Positions 56,456 to 64,000 of a stretch of DNA of 64,000 bases are shown here, one piece after another; the first letter of the stretch is position 1; each line of letters opens with the position of its first letter. Source of the stretch: Candidatus Latescibacterota bacterium (GTDB lineage Bacteria > Latescibacterota > UBA2968 > GCA-2709665); NCBI GenBank assembly GCA_965219995.1, contig CBDCOX010000002.1, positions 96,001 to 160,000 on the forward strand. The letters are read 5' to 3'. The position numbers were made by a program, and so were the translations under genes. The notes under the pieces are model-generated. The model was given only the letters and a program-made list of their open reading frames with translations. It was not told the DNA's origin and searched no databases.

Positions 56456-57688
56456 TCAAATTCGGTATGCATCCGTACCTTTCGAAACGACGTACCAGAT
56501 ATATGCGGCCATGATGATGGTCGGAAATAACAACCCTGCCCGCGACCCTCGCCCGCCACCGCTGCCGCCGGACGCTGCTGTGGCGCGACTTGCATCCCCG
56601 GCCTTCCTTCCGGTAACCGATTGATCGCCCGGAGACCGTTCCTCGGGCGGGCGATACGCGTCCTTGCGATCGCCCGTTTCCGTTGCTCGCGCCGCCGAAC
56701 CAGCCGCCTCAATCGCGGCGTCCTCACCCTTCAGGGTGCGTTTTCGGGGGTAAAGGAGGCGCTTTTCCGACTGGGCCAGCTTCTCCGCCCACGATTCGAC
56801 TTCCTTCGCGAAAGTCAGCGACGTCTCTTCCTTGAGCGGTCCGGCCTTGCCCAGCGTGAAGCTGACTTCAGGATTCCGATGCCCGGTATAGGCAGTTTGA
56901 AGGACCGGATCTACGGACTTCTGGAGCTGGCGTTTGAGTCCTGCGCGCGTTTTCTGCAGGGATAACAGGCGCTGTAGAAATCCGTGGTAGTCCATTCGCT
57001 TCCGATGCGTCTTTGGCGCTCGCGCCCGGGACGACTTCGCCAGGGCCTGTTCAATTTCGCGCCGGCCGAAGCGCTTCGCGAATTCCGCGTGGCCGAAGAT
57101 CCTCGAATGCCAGATCACCCAAGCATCCGGGATGTCGGGAACCGGATGCGCATACGTGATTTCGAGTGCCGGGCCGTTTTCGGTCTGCCAGGTCTCGTCT
57201 GAGACCAGAATCGGATGTAGTGCGCCCCTTGCATCCTTCAGATAGAGGCCGAAGAGGAATCCGCTTTCCACCTGGTCGGTGTCCCAGCAACGGGCGCGGA
57301 TACCGTTTCTGGCTCTCAGATAGACGTGGGGGATTTCGATTTCCACGGGTGTGAGGCGGGTTTCGCCGACGAGGAAGTCGTTGAACCACACGCGGGCCTC
57401 GTCGTCGGCCCAAAAGATGCAGACGACGGATGTACCCTTCGGAAGACGAATGACGTCGGCGGCCCCGGGCAATCGCTTGATGTCGATGGCTTCGGGGTCT
57501 GCCGCACTCATCACGCGAACGAGGCTGTCGATTTGCGCGGAGACCGCATTGAACTCTTGGCGAATGGCAAGCGGGTTGCGGCGGGTTGCGACGGTCGGGT
57601 CGGTCACACTGCCGGACACGTTGGGAGGCGCCAGCGACAGACCGGCCAACACGAGCGCGGCCAGCCATCGGTCTCGCGACAGGGTCAT
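56456..57688 (-). CDS. Exported protein with beta-sandwich-like domain and C-terminal TM anchor
   Basis: Signal peptide; FWADDEARVWFN...VSDETW; Gly/Ser linker then LLFPTIIMAAYIWYVV. Confidence 0.7.
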   Translation of the reverse strand: MTLSRDRWLAALVLAGLSLAPPNVSGSVTDPTVATRRNPLAIRQEFNAVSAQIDSLVRVMSAADPEAIDIKRLPGAADVIRLPKGTSVVCIFWADDEARVWFNDFLVGETRLTPVEIEIPHVYLRARNGIRARCWDTDQVESGFLFGLYLKDARGALHPILVSDETWQTENGPALEITYAHPVPDIPDAWVIWHSRIFGHAEFAKRFGRREIEQALAKSSRARAPKTHRKRMDYHGFLQRLLSLQKTRAGLKRQLQKSVDPVLQTAYTGHRNPEVSFTLGKAGPLKEETSLTFAKEVESWAEKLAQSEKRLLYPRKRTLKGEDAAIEAAGSAARATETGDRKDAYRPPEERSPGDQSVTGRKAGDASRATAASGGSGGGRGSRAGLLFPTIIMAAYIWYVVSKGTDAYRI

Positions 57689-57710
57689 CAGGAAGTTCTC
57701 CTGGGAATCT

Positions 57711-58841
57711 CTAAAAATCCGCGAAGGACCCGTCTTCTTCAGATCGCCACATACCGCGGAAGCGAAAGCGCTCGTCCCGCATGGCCTCGAGGGCGTCGTC
57801 GTCGATTTCGAATCCAAGGCCGGGCCCGGTAGGCAACTCGACAAAGCCGTCCCTGAAAGCAAGCGGCGGCAGCAGAAGCCCGTCGCCGCGAGCGGTGCCG
57901 CCCTCGCAGATCAGGAAATTCGGGACCGTGGCCATGGTGTGGATGGACGCCACGACGCCTATTGGACCGGCGGCGTTGTGCGGCGCGATAGCAATGTCCC
58001 GGATTTCGGCCAGGGTGGCGATTTTCTTCATCTCCGAGATGCCTCCCACGTGCCGGATGTCCGGTTGCAGAACGGCGCAGGCCTGCTTTTCCACAACATC
58101 CCAGAAACTCCAGCGCGTAAGGTGGCGTTCGCCGGTTGCGATGGGTGTGGCGGTCGAACGGGAGAGGGTCAGCAGGGCGTCGTTGTTTTCGGGGTGGCAG
58201 GGCTCTTCCGCGAAGAGCAGATGATAGGGTTCGAGCGCTTTGACGGTGATTACGGCCATTTGCGGGCTGAGGCGGCGGTGCAGATCGACAGCGATGTCCA
58301 CGTCGTCGCCCACGGCCTCGCGGACGGCGGCGACACGGGCGACCATTTCGTCGACCGCCCGCACCGTATCCACAAACCGAACGGGCCTGACTGCGCCGCC
58401 CATCTTGATGGCGGTAAACCCGTCCGCGACCCGGGCGCGGGCCTGTTCCGCGCAGGCTTCGGGCGTATCGCCGCCCGCGTGAGCGTAAACGCGCACCCGG
58501 TCCCGGACCGAGCCGCCAAGGAGCCGCCAGACGGGTACGTCCAGGACTTTGCCCATGATGTCCCACATGGCCATGTCCGCGCCGCTGAGCGCGCCCAGGA
58601 TGATGGGCATGCTCCGGCTGTACGTGGAGCGAAAAAAGGTCTGCCAGTGGTCTTCGATCTGGAGGGGGTCCTTGCCGATGAGGTATTCGGACAGGTCGTC
58701 CATGGCGCGCGCGACGATTCGCCAGTGCGTATAGTCAAGCGGTTCGCCGTAGCCGACGACGCCCTCGTCGGTGTGCATTTTCAGCACGAGGAACCGCTGT
58801 GCGACGGGGATGGTCTCAAGGCGCGTGATCTTCATGGGCAT
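57711..58841 (-). CDS. Galactonate dehydratase-like enolase-superfamily enzyme
   Basis: MKITRLET, LWD-like MWDIMGK, GFTAIKM, DLHRR, EEP, IATGER, QPD, APHN. Confidence 0.85.
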   Translation of the reverse strand: MPMKITRLETIPVAQRFLVLKMHTDEGVVGYGEPLDYTHWRIVARAMDDLSEYLIGKDPLQIEDHWQTFFRSTYSRSMPIILGALSGADMAMWDIMGKVLDVPVWRLLGGSVRDRVRVYAHAGGDTPEACAEQARARVADGFTAIKMGGAVRPVRFVDTVRAVDEMVARVAAVREAVGDDVDIAVDLHRRLSPQMAVITVKALEPYHLLFAEEPCHPENNDALLTLSRSTATPIATGERHLTRWSFWDVVEKQACAVLQPDIRHVGGISEMKKIATLAEIRDIAIAPHNAAGPIGVVASIHTMATVPNFLICEGGTARGDGLLLPPLAFRDGFVELPTGPGLGFEIDDDALEAMRDERFRFRGMWRSEEDGSFADF

Positions 58842-58907
58842 TGACCCCTGCTGAAAATACAGCGTCTGTGCGATCGGGACTGTCGGGCGCGCGGGAACCC
58901 CGGGGAC

Positions 58908-59777
58908 TCAACGCTCGGTTTCTTCGCCTTCGTAGTGACTCCGGTTCGCGGCGGCGATTACGGGTGCGATTTTGTCTGCGAACCGGATCTGGCTGTTGTC
59001 TTCGGGCTCGTAGCCGATAACCTTCCGGGCGTTGGCGATGCTCCAGAAGTTGTGGCTGTTTCCACTGATGCCGTAGAAGATCTGAAACGGGATGCCGTTC
59101 TCGTCTTCGATGTTCTCCGTCTCGATGCTCTTGATCAGGAGCTGGGTCTGGTCCCGCGCGCTCAGGTAGGCCCCGAGGCTGCGGTGCATGCCCTTCGGGT
59201 TTTCCGGACTGAGTCTGTCCGCCACGTTCTCGCGGGGCCCGCCGATGCGAAGCTGTACATTCTGAAGTTTCCGTCCGTTTCCGATCTTTCCCGCGGCAAA
59301 GGCGAAGCCCAGCAGTTCGTACGCGGCCTTGGCCCACCCGTAGAAGTTGTCGGAAAGCGGGAGCATGTCCGGCGTGACGAAGTCCATGCGTCCGGACCAG
59401 ATGAGCGTCTCGTAGAAGTCCGTCGCATGGTTGGAGCTGATGACCACGACGCGTCGAACGTCCTCTTCCAGGCAGGTCTGATACACGTTATGGGCCATGG
59501 CGACGTTGTCGGCTTCCGCCCAGTACTGATCCATCGGATCTGTCGCACGCGTGAATCCGCAATGAATCACGGCGTCGGCGTTGGCGAAATGCTTCCGGTA
59601 CTCGTCCCTGTCTCGCGTGAGGAGGTCGGCGATGGCGATACCTTCGACTTCTTCGCCGCTTCTGTCCGTTTTTCGAACGTCGAGGAGGCCGAGGTCATAG
59701 CGCTCCCTGAGGACGGGCAGGCTTCGCCCCGCGATATATCCGGCCGCACCGGTGACGACAACCCTTCGTTTTGCCAT
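58908..59777 (-). CDS. NAD-dependent epimerase/dehydratase (SDR)
   Basis: TGAAGYIA, SSNHA, YGWAK, LRIGG. Confidence 0.85.
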   Translation of the reverse strand: MAKRRVVVTGAAGYIAGRSLPVLRERYDLGLLDVRKTDRSGEEVEGIAIADLLTRDRDEYRKHFANADAVIHCGFTRATDPMDQYWAEADNVAMAHNVYQTCLEEDVRRVVVISSNHATDFYETLIWSGRMDFVTPDMLPLSDNFYGWAKAAYELLGFAFAAGKIGNGRKLQNVQLRIGGPRENVADRLSPENPKGMHRSLGAYLSARDQTQLLIKSIETENIEDENGIPFQIFYGISGNSHNFWSIANARKVIGYEPEDNSQIRFADKIAPVIAAANRSHYEGEETER

Positions 59778-59788
59778 CTGAATGCTCT

Positions 59789-60550
59789 CTACGGGAGTGG
59801 AAAAGGCATGGGTACGTCGGGGTGGTACGTGAATCGGTTTCTGCCCCTGAGCAGGACAGGCCGCCAGTCCCGGCCGATTGAGTTGACTTCGACCTGCCTG
59901 GCTTCCGGCGGAATGAAACGGACGGTAAGGCCGCAGCGCCGGCGGTTCGAGGTATTCGGCATGCTGGCGTGGAAGAGCTGGCCGTGATGGACGGAAATCT
60001 GGCCTGCCGTGAGCTCCAGGTCGATTGCGTGGCTGGTGTCGACGAGCTCGTCCGGGATTTCCTGGTTGATGCTCAGGAGATTCCCCGCCTGTTTCGACGT
60101 CCCGTGTGTGACGATCCCTTCCTTGTGAGAGCCCGGGATGACGCGCATGCAGCCATTCTCCGCGTCGCTGTCGTCGATGGCGATCCAGGCCGTATGCGCC
60201 AGCGGAGGCTTCAGGCCCCAGTAGGTGACATCCTGGTGCCACGCCACGAAGTGTTTTTGGTCTTTGGCGGGGTATTTGCAGAAAAAGTGCGTGGCCAGCA
60301 GAAGGATATCCTTTCCCATGGCATGTTCCATGACGTCCAGAAGACGCGCGTCGGTGGACAGCCTCCAGATGAATTCCTCGTCGAAGTGCCGGGACTGGAG
60401 GCCCACCTGGCAGACGTCTCTGCCCTCTCTGGCTTCGAGATCGTCGAACTGCGCCCGGAACGCGTCGATCTCGTTTTTGGAGAACACGTCGATCCGGGGC
60501 AGCACGCCATCGGTTTCGTAGGTCTCCCGTATGTACTCGACGACAGGCAC
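59789..60550 (-). CDS. Phytanoyl-CoA dioxygenase-family protein
   Basis: WHQDVTYW, ENGCMRVIPGSH, HASMPNTSNRRR. Confidence 0.9.
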   Translation of the reverse strand: MPVVEYIRETYETDGVLPRIDVFSKNEIDAFRAQFDDLEAREGRDVCQVGLQSRHFDEEFIWRLSTDARLLDVMEHAMGKDILLLATHFFCKYPAKDQKHFVAWHQDVTYWGLKPPLAHTAWIAIDDSDAENGCMRVIPGSHKEGIVTHGTSKQAGNLLSINQEIPDELVDTSHAIDLELTAGQISVHHGQLFHASMPNTSNRRRCGLTVRFIPPEARQVEVNSIGRDWRPVLLRGRNRFTYHPDVPMPFPLP

Positions 60551-60654
60551 TTCCGATCCCCCGTTAATGATCTGCGCAGGTGGCGGATAATCTACGGCGA
60601 TCGGTGCGGCCGTGCAACCCGTTTCTGGTAGAGGCGGCCGAGTCCGCGCGAGGA

Positions 60655-60683
60655 TTGACAGACCTATCGCGGGTGGGTATCAT
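60655..60683 (+). promoter_or_regulatory. Sigma70 promoter
   Basis: TTGACA-17-TATCAT upstream of the 60760 CDS. Confidence 0.7.
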
Positions 60684-60759
60684 GCGAATCCGGGAACGGC
60701 CGGAAACGCCGGGCCCTGGCGCCGCGGCGCAGACCGTTTTGTGTGAATGGAGGGTTGAA

Positions 60760-61872
60760 ATGAGGATTACCCGTGTATCCGCTATGGTATTGCGGCTGCC
60801 CGTTGTTACCGATGCCTGCGACGGAACGCAGGATACCTGTCTGATCAAGGTCGAAACCGACGCCGGAATCACCGGCTGGGGAGAGGTGGACTCATGCCCG
60901 ACGGCCGTCAAGGCAATTGTGGATGCGCCCCTGTCGCATCAGATCTGCAACGGACTGGCCAACGCCCTCTGCAATGAGGACCCGCTGGCGGTGGAAGCGT
61001 GTATGCATCGCATGACGGAAGCGGCGAACTATTACGGCGGAGGGGGCGTGGGGGTACACGCGATGGCGGGCGTCAACCTCGCATTGTGGGATATCGCGGG
61101 CAAGGCCCTCGACACGCCCGTCTACCGGCTGCTCGGCGGTCCCTTCAACAAGCGGTTCAGAGCGTATTGTTCAATCCTGTTCGGAGAAACGCCTGCGCAG
61201 ACCGGAGAGCTGGGGCGGAGGTTCGCGGGGGAGGGCTTCACGGCCGTCAAATTCGGTTGGGGACCGATGGGGAGGGACGAGAAGACGGACGTCGACCTCG
61301 TAAAGGAGGCGCGGCGAGGCGTGGGAGACGGTGTAGACGTGCTGATCGACGCGGGACAGGTCTGGGACTGGAAAACAGCCCTGAAGCGAGCGCGCCAGTT
61401 TGCGGAGTTCCAGCCGTTCTGGCTCGAGGAACCGCTTCAGCCGGGCGATCTGCGAGGTTACGCCAGACTGACGGCGGAGAGTCCGTTGCCCATCGCGGCG
61501 GGGGAAGCGGAAGCGCGGCTCGACGCCTTCGAGCGGCTGGTATCCGACGGCGGACTCGACTGGGTTCAGCCCGATCCTGGAAGGTGCGGCGTTTCTACGA
61601 TGGTTGAGGTGGGCAGGATGGCGCACCGCCGGCATGCCAGAGTGGTGAACCACAGTTTCAAGAGCGGGATTACGATCGCGGCGTCGCTGCATGCGCTCGC
61701 AGCGGTACCTGGCGGTGAGATGTTCGAGTACTGTATGTCGGAGTCACCGCTGCGCCATGATCTGACGCACGAACGGTTCGACGTCGTCGACGGGTTCGTG
61801 ACGGTGCCGGAGGGCCCCGGCCTGGGCGTGACGATCAACGCCGAGACCGTGGCTAAGTACCGCGTGGCGTGA
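60760..61872 (+). CDS. Mandelate racemase/muconate lactonizing enzyme family protein
   Basis: ETDAGITGWGE, ALWDIAGK, GFTAVKFG, LIDAG, WLEEP, AAGE, QPD, PGLG. Confidence 0.9.
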   Translation: MRITRVSAMVLRLPVVTDACDGTQDTCLIKVETDAGITGWGEVDSCPTAVKAIVDAPLSHQICNGLANALCNEDPLAVEACMHRMTEAANYYGGGGVGVHAMAGVNLALWDIAGKALDTPVYRLLGGPFNKRFRAYCSILFGETPAQTGELGRRFAGEGFTAVKFGWGPMGRDEKTDVDLVKEARRGVGDGVDVLIDAGQVWDWKTALKRARQFAEFQPFWLEEPLQPGDLRGYARLTAESPLPIAAGEAEARLDAFERLVSDGGLDWVQPDPGRCGVSTMVEVGRMAHRRHARVVNHSFKSGITIAASLHALAAVPGGEMFEYCMSESPLRHDLTHERFDVVDGFVTVPEGPGLGVTINAETVAKYRVA

Positions 61873-61883
61873 GAGGCATCCGT

Positions 61884-62780
61884 TCATCCGTCCGCCGGGC
61901 CCGGGTTTTCGTCCTGGAGCTCCCTTACGAATGCCGGGCTCAGGGCGCCCTGCGCGACCTCGGCCACGGGTCCCTTCATGGTCAGGCGGAAGTCGGGGTC
62001 GATCGCGACGTCGAGGGCGCCGCCCTGAGCGCAGACGGTTACCGGCGAATTCACCAGCCCCAGACGGACGGCCGCGCATGCGGCCGCGCAGGACGACGAT
62101 CCGGATGCCAGCGTTTCTCCCGCGCCGCGCTCCCAGATGAGAATGAAGATCTCGTTCGGGCCCGTGGGTACGGCCAATTGCACGTTGATTCGGTTTGGGA
62201 AGAGATCGTGATTCTCCAGGGCCGGTCCGAGTTCGAGCAGGTCGTCACGGGTCCACGTCTCGCTTGCGGGTCTGAAGATGACGCAGTGGGGGTTGCCCAC
62301 GCTGACGCCGGTGAATCTCAGATCGCGCCCCGCCGCTGCGATGGGACGTTGGATCAGCTCGTCCGCGTCCAGAGTGCAGGGCAGCGCATCGGGATTGAAA
62401 CTTGCCCGGCCCATTTCCACGGTTGCGAGGCTCGCGTCCCCGTGACGGTCCGGGTGGACCTCAATCTCCACGAGACCGCCCAGGGTATCAACCGTGAAGA
62501 TGATTTGCCGTGTTCTGTGCGTGGCATGCAGGAAGCGCGCGAAAATGCGCAGGCCGTTGCCCGATTTTTCGGCTTCGCTACCATCGGGATTGAAAATGCG
62601 AAGTCCGAAGTCCGCGCCGTTTCCGCGTTCCACGGTAAGGATGCCGTCCCCGCCGATGCCCAGGTTTCGGTTGCAGATCAGGCGGATATTCTTCGGGGTG
62701 AGCCTGAAGTCCAGGTCGGCCGGATCCATGACGATATAGTCGTTGCCGAGACCGTGGCCCTTATAGAATCCGTTCTTCAC
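61884..62780 (-). CDS. dapF: Diaminopimelate epimerase (both catalytic Cys positions are Ser)
   Basis: KGHGLGNDY, GIGGDG, NPDGSEAEKSGNG, VGNPHCV, WERGAGETLASGS. Confidence 0.85.
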   Translation of the reverse strand: MKNGFYKGHGLGNDYIVMDPADLDFRLTPKNIRLICNRNLGIGGDGILTVERGNGADFGLRIFNPDGSEAEKSGNGLRIFARFLHATHRTRQIIFTVDTLGGLVEIEVHPDRHGDASLATVEMGRASFNPDALPCTLDADELIQRPIAAAGRDLRFTGVSVGNPHCVIFRPASETWTRDDLLELGPALENHDLFPNRINVQLAVPTGPNEIFILIWERGAGETLASGSSSCAAACAAVRLGLVNSPVTVCAQGGALDVAIDPDFRLTMKGPVAEVAQGALSPAFVRELQDENPGPADG

Positions 62781-62860
62781 GGTACCCCCTGTAAACGTGA
62801 CGGCGGGGCCGGGCTGCGGGGCAGAAGACCGGCGATTCCGCAAACCGGCGCAGGCTGTTT

Positions 62861-63829
62861 TCACTTCCAGACGAGTACGACGCCCATCGTCTCCCCCAGA
62901 CGGGTATACAGCAAGTCGAACGCCTCCGCCGCCTCCTGGAAGGGAAAGCGGTGGGTGATCATGGCTTCGGCGTTGATCTTCTTCTCGCCAAGAAGCTTAA
63001 GGGCGCGGTCGGAGCCCTGCGATCGTTTGCCGCCGTCCGAATAACCGCCCACGATTCGACGTCCCTGGATCTTCCCCGAGTCGAGCGGCAATGGCTGGTC
63101 CTCGTACAAGCCGATCACCTGGATGAGGCCCTTTCGTTTCACCATATCCTGTGCCTGCGCGAAGGCGCCCGCGCCAGCGCGCCCGCCGACCGCTTCCACG
63201 ACGATATCCGCGCCCGCGCCGTCTGTCAGCCCTTTAACCGCCTTGACGGGGTCTTCGCTCGACGCGTCCACCACGTGGTCCGCCCCGAGACGTCCCGCCA
63301 GATCGCACCGGAGGGGCAGCGCGTCGACCGCGATCACGCGGGGGTTCGCCTCCGCGTTGAGCGCCTGCATACAGATGGAGCCCACGAGCCCCTGGCCCAG
63401 AATGGCCACCGTATCTTCCTCGCGGGCCTCGATTTCCCACATCCAGAGAACGGAACTGGTGCTCAGCGGCCAGAATGTCGCGGCTTCGGACGAAACCGCG
63501 TCCGGGAGATGCACGACCGGATCCTGGTGGCGTGAGCTCACGATTTCGACGGCCACGTATTCCGCGTGCGGCGCAATGGCCGCCACGCGGTCTCCGATAG
63601 AAAAGCCGTCCACCCGCGCGCCGACCGCCACGACGTCTCCCACGAACGAGTATCCCATGCTCTGATGGTCGATGGCTTCGGGTCGGATGTAGCGCCGCCA
63701 GATCTCGGAACCGCGGCTGATCAGACTGCATTCAGCGCGGATCAGCACCTCGGTGGGCGCGATTTCAGGTATCGGAACGTCTTCGATGACGATATTGTAC
63801 TCGCCTTCCGGCTTTGCAACACGTTTCAT
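62861..63829 (-). CDS. MDR-family dehydrogenase lacking canonical catalytic Zn ligands
   Basis: SLISRGSE, GYSFVG, GQGLVG, ITHRFP. Confidence 0.85.
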   Translation of the reverse strand: MKRVAKPEGEYNIVIEDVPIPEIAPTEVLIRAECSLISRGSEIWRRYIRPEAIDHQSMGYSFVGDVVAVGARVDGFSIGDRVAAIAPHAEYVAVEIVSSRHQDPVVHLPDAVSSEAATFWPLSTSSVLWMWEIEAREEDTVAILGQGLVGSICMQALNAEANPRVIAVDALPLRCDLAGRLGADHVVDASSEDPVKAVKGLTDGAGADIVVEAVGGRAGAGAFAQAQDMVKRKGLIQVIGLYEDQPLPLDSGKIQGRRIVGGYSDGGKRSQGSDRALKLLGEKKINAEAMITHRFPFQEAAEAFDLLYTRLGETMGVVLVWK

Positions 63830-63876
63830 AACGGGATTCCCGAATTTGGAAAATTGAAGACTTCAGGCGCGGACGT

Positions 63877-64000
63877 TCAGTTCGCCGGCGTGAGGTCCTG
63901 GATATCGCGTCGATAGACCCATGTGCCCGCGCGGACGTAGTGAACGGCGAACGCCAGGCGGGGTCTGCCCCGGGACCGGTTCGCGTAAGACCCGTGGATG
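63877..64000 (-). CDS. C-terminus of a phytanoyl-CoA dioxygenase-family protein (5' part outside window)
   Basis: Manual translation IHGSYANRSRGRPRLAFAVHYVRAG...*. Confidence 0.7.
   Translation of the reverse strand, partial: IHGSYANRSRGRPRLAFAVHYVRAGTWVYRRDIQDLTPAN

Noticed and set aside
59789-60550. PhyH protein as a halogenase
   Set aside because: Retains the HxD triad (HQD), typical of hydroxylases

Overview
High-GC bacterial chromosomal window with no prophage, integrase, transposase, rRNA or CRISPR array. By inference the host is a diderm FCB-type organism, possibly Latescibacterota-like (LptE, DUF6785-type membrane protein, DxDGDG dockerin-like domain, several phytanoyl-CoA dioxygenases, futalosine pathway, rny-ymdB). 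Contents: a form II coxSLMG molybdoenzyme cluster; an orphan RND permease; an archaeal/spirochaete-type pheS-pheT operon behind a complete Phe (UUC) T-box riboswitch; tRNA-Leu(CAG); a long minus-strand housekeeping run (thrS-infC-rpmI-rplT-[no pheST]-zapB-like-zapA-6S-like-rny-ymdB-xseA-xseB-nadK-recN-mqnE-mqnC-mqnA); many catabolic enzymes; an extra sigma70 gene with a palindromic operator in its promoter; and a MotA/ExbB + ExbD-like pair. Most notable: (1) apparent displacement of native pheST by an archaeal-type PheRS under a bacterial T-box; (2) hairpin repeats arrayed at exactly 100-bp period; (3) a 255-bp element present twice, 54 kb apart; (4) an unannotated promoter-to-terminator small RNA at ~49.6 kb; (5) a LexA-like box in the sigma gene promoter. 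Products are assigned by motif recognition only; no database searches were run.
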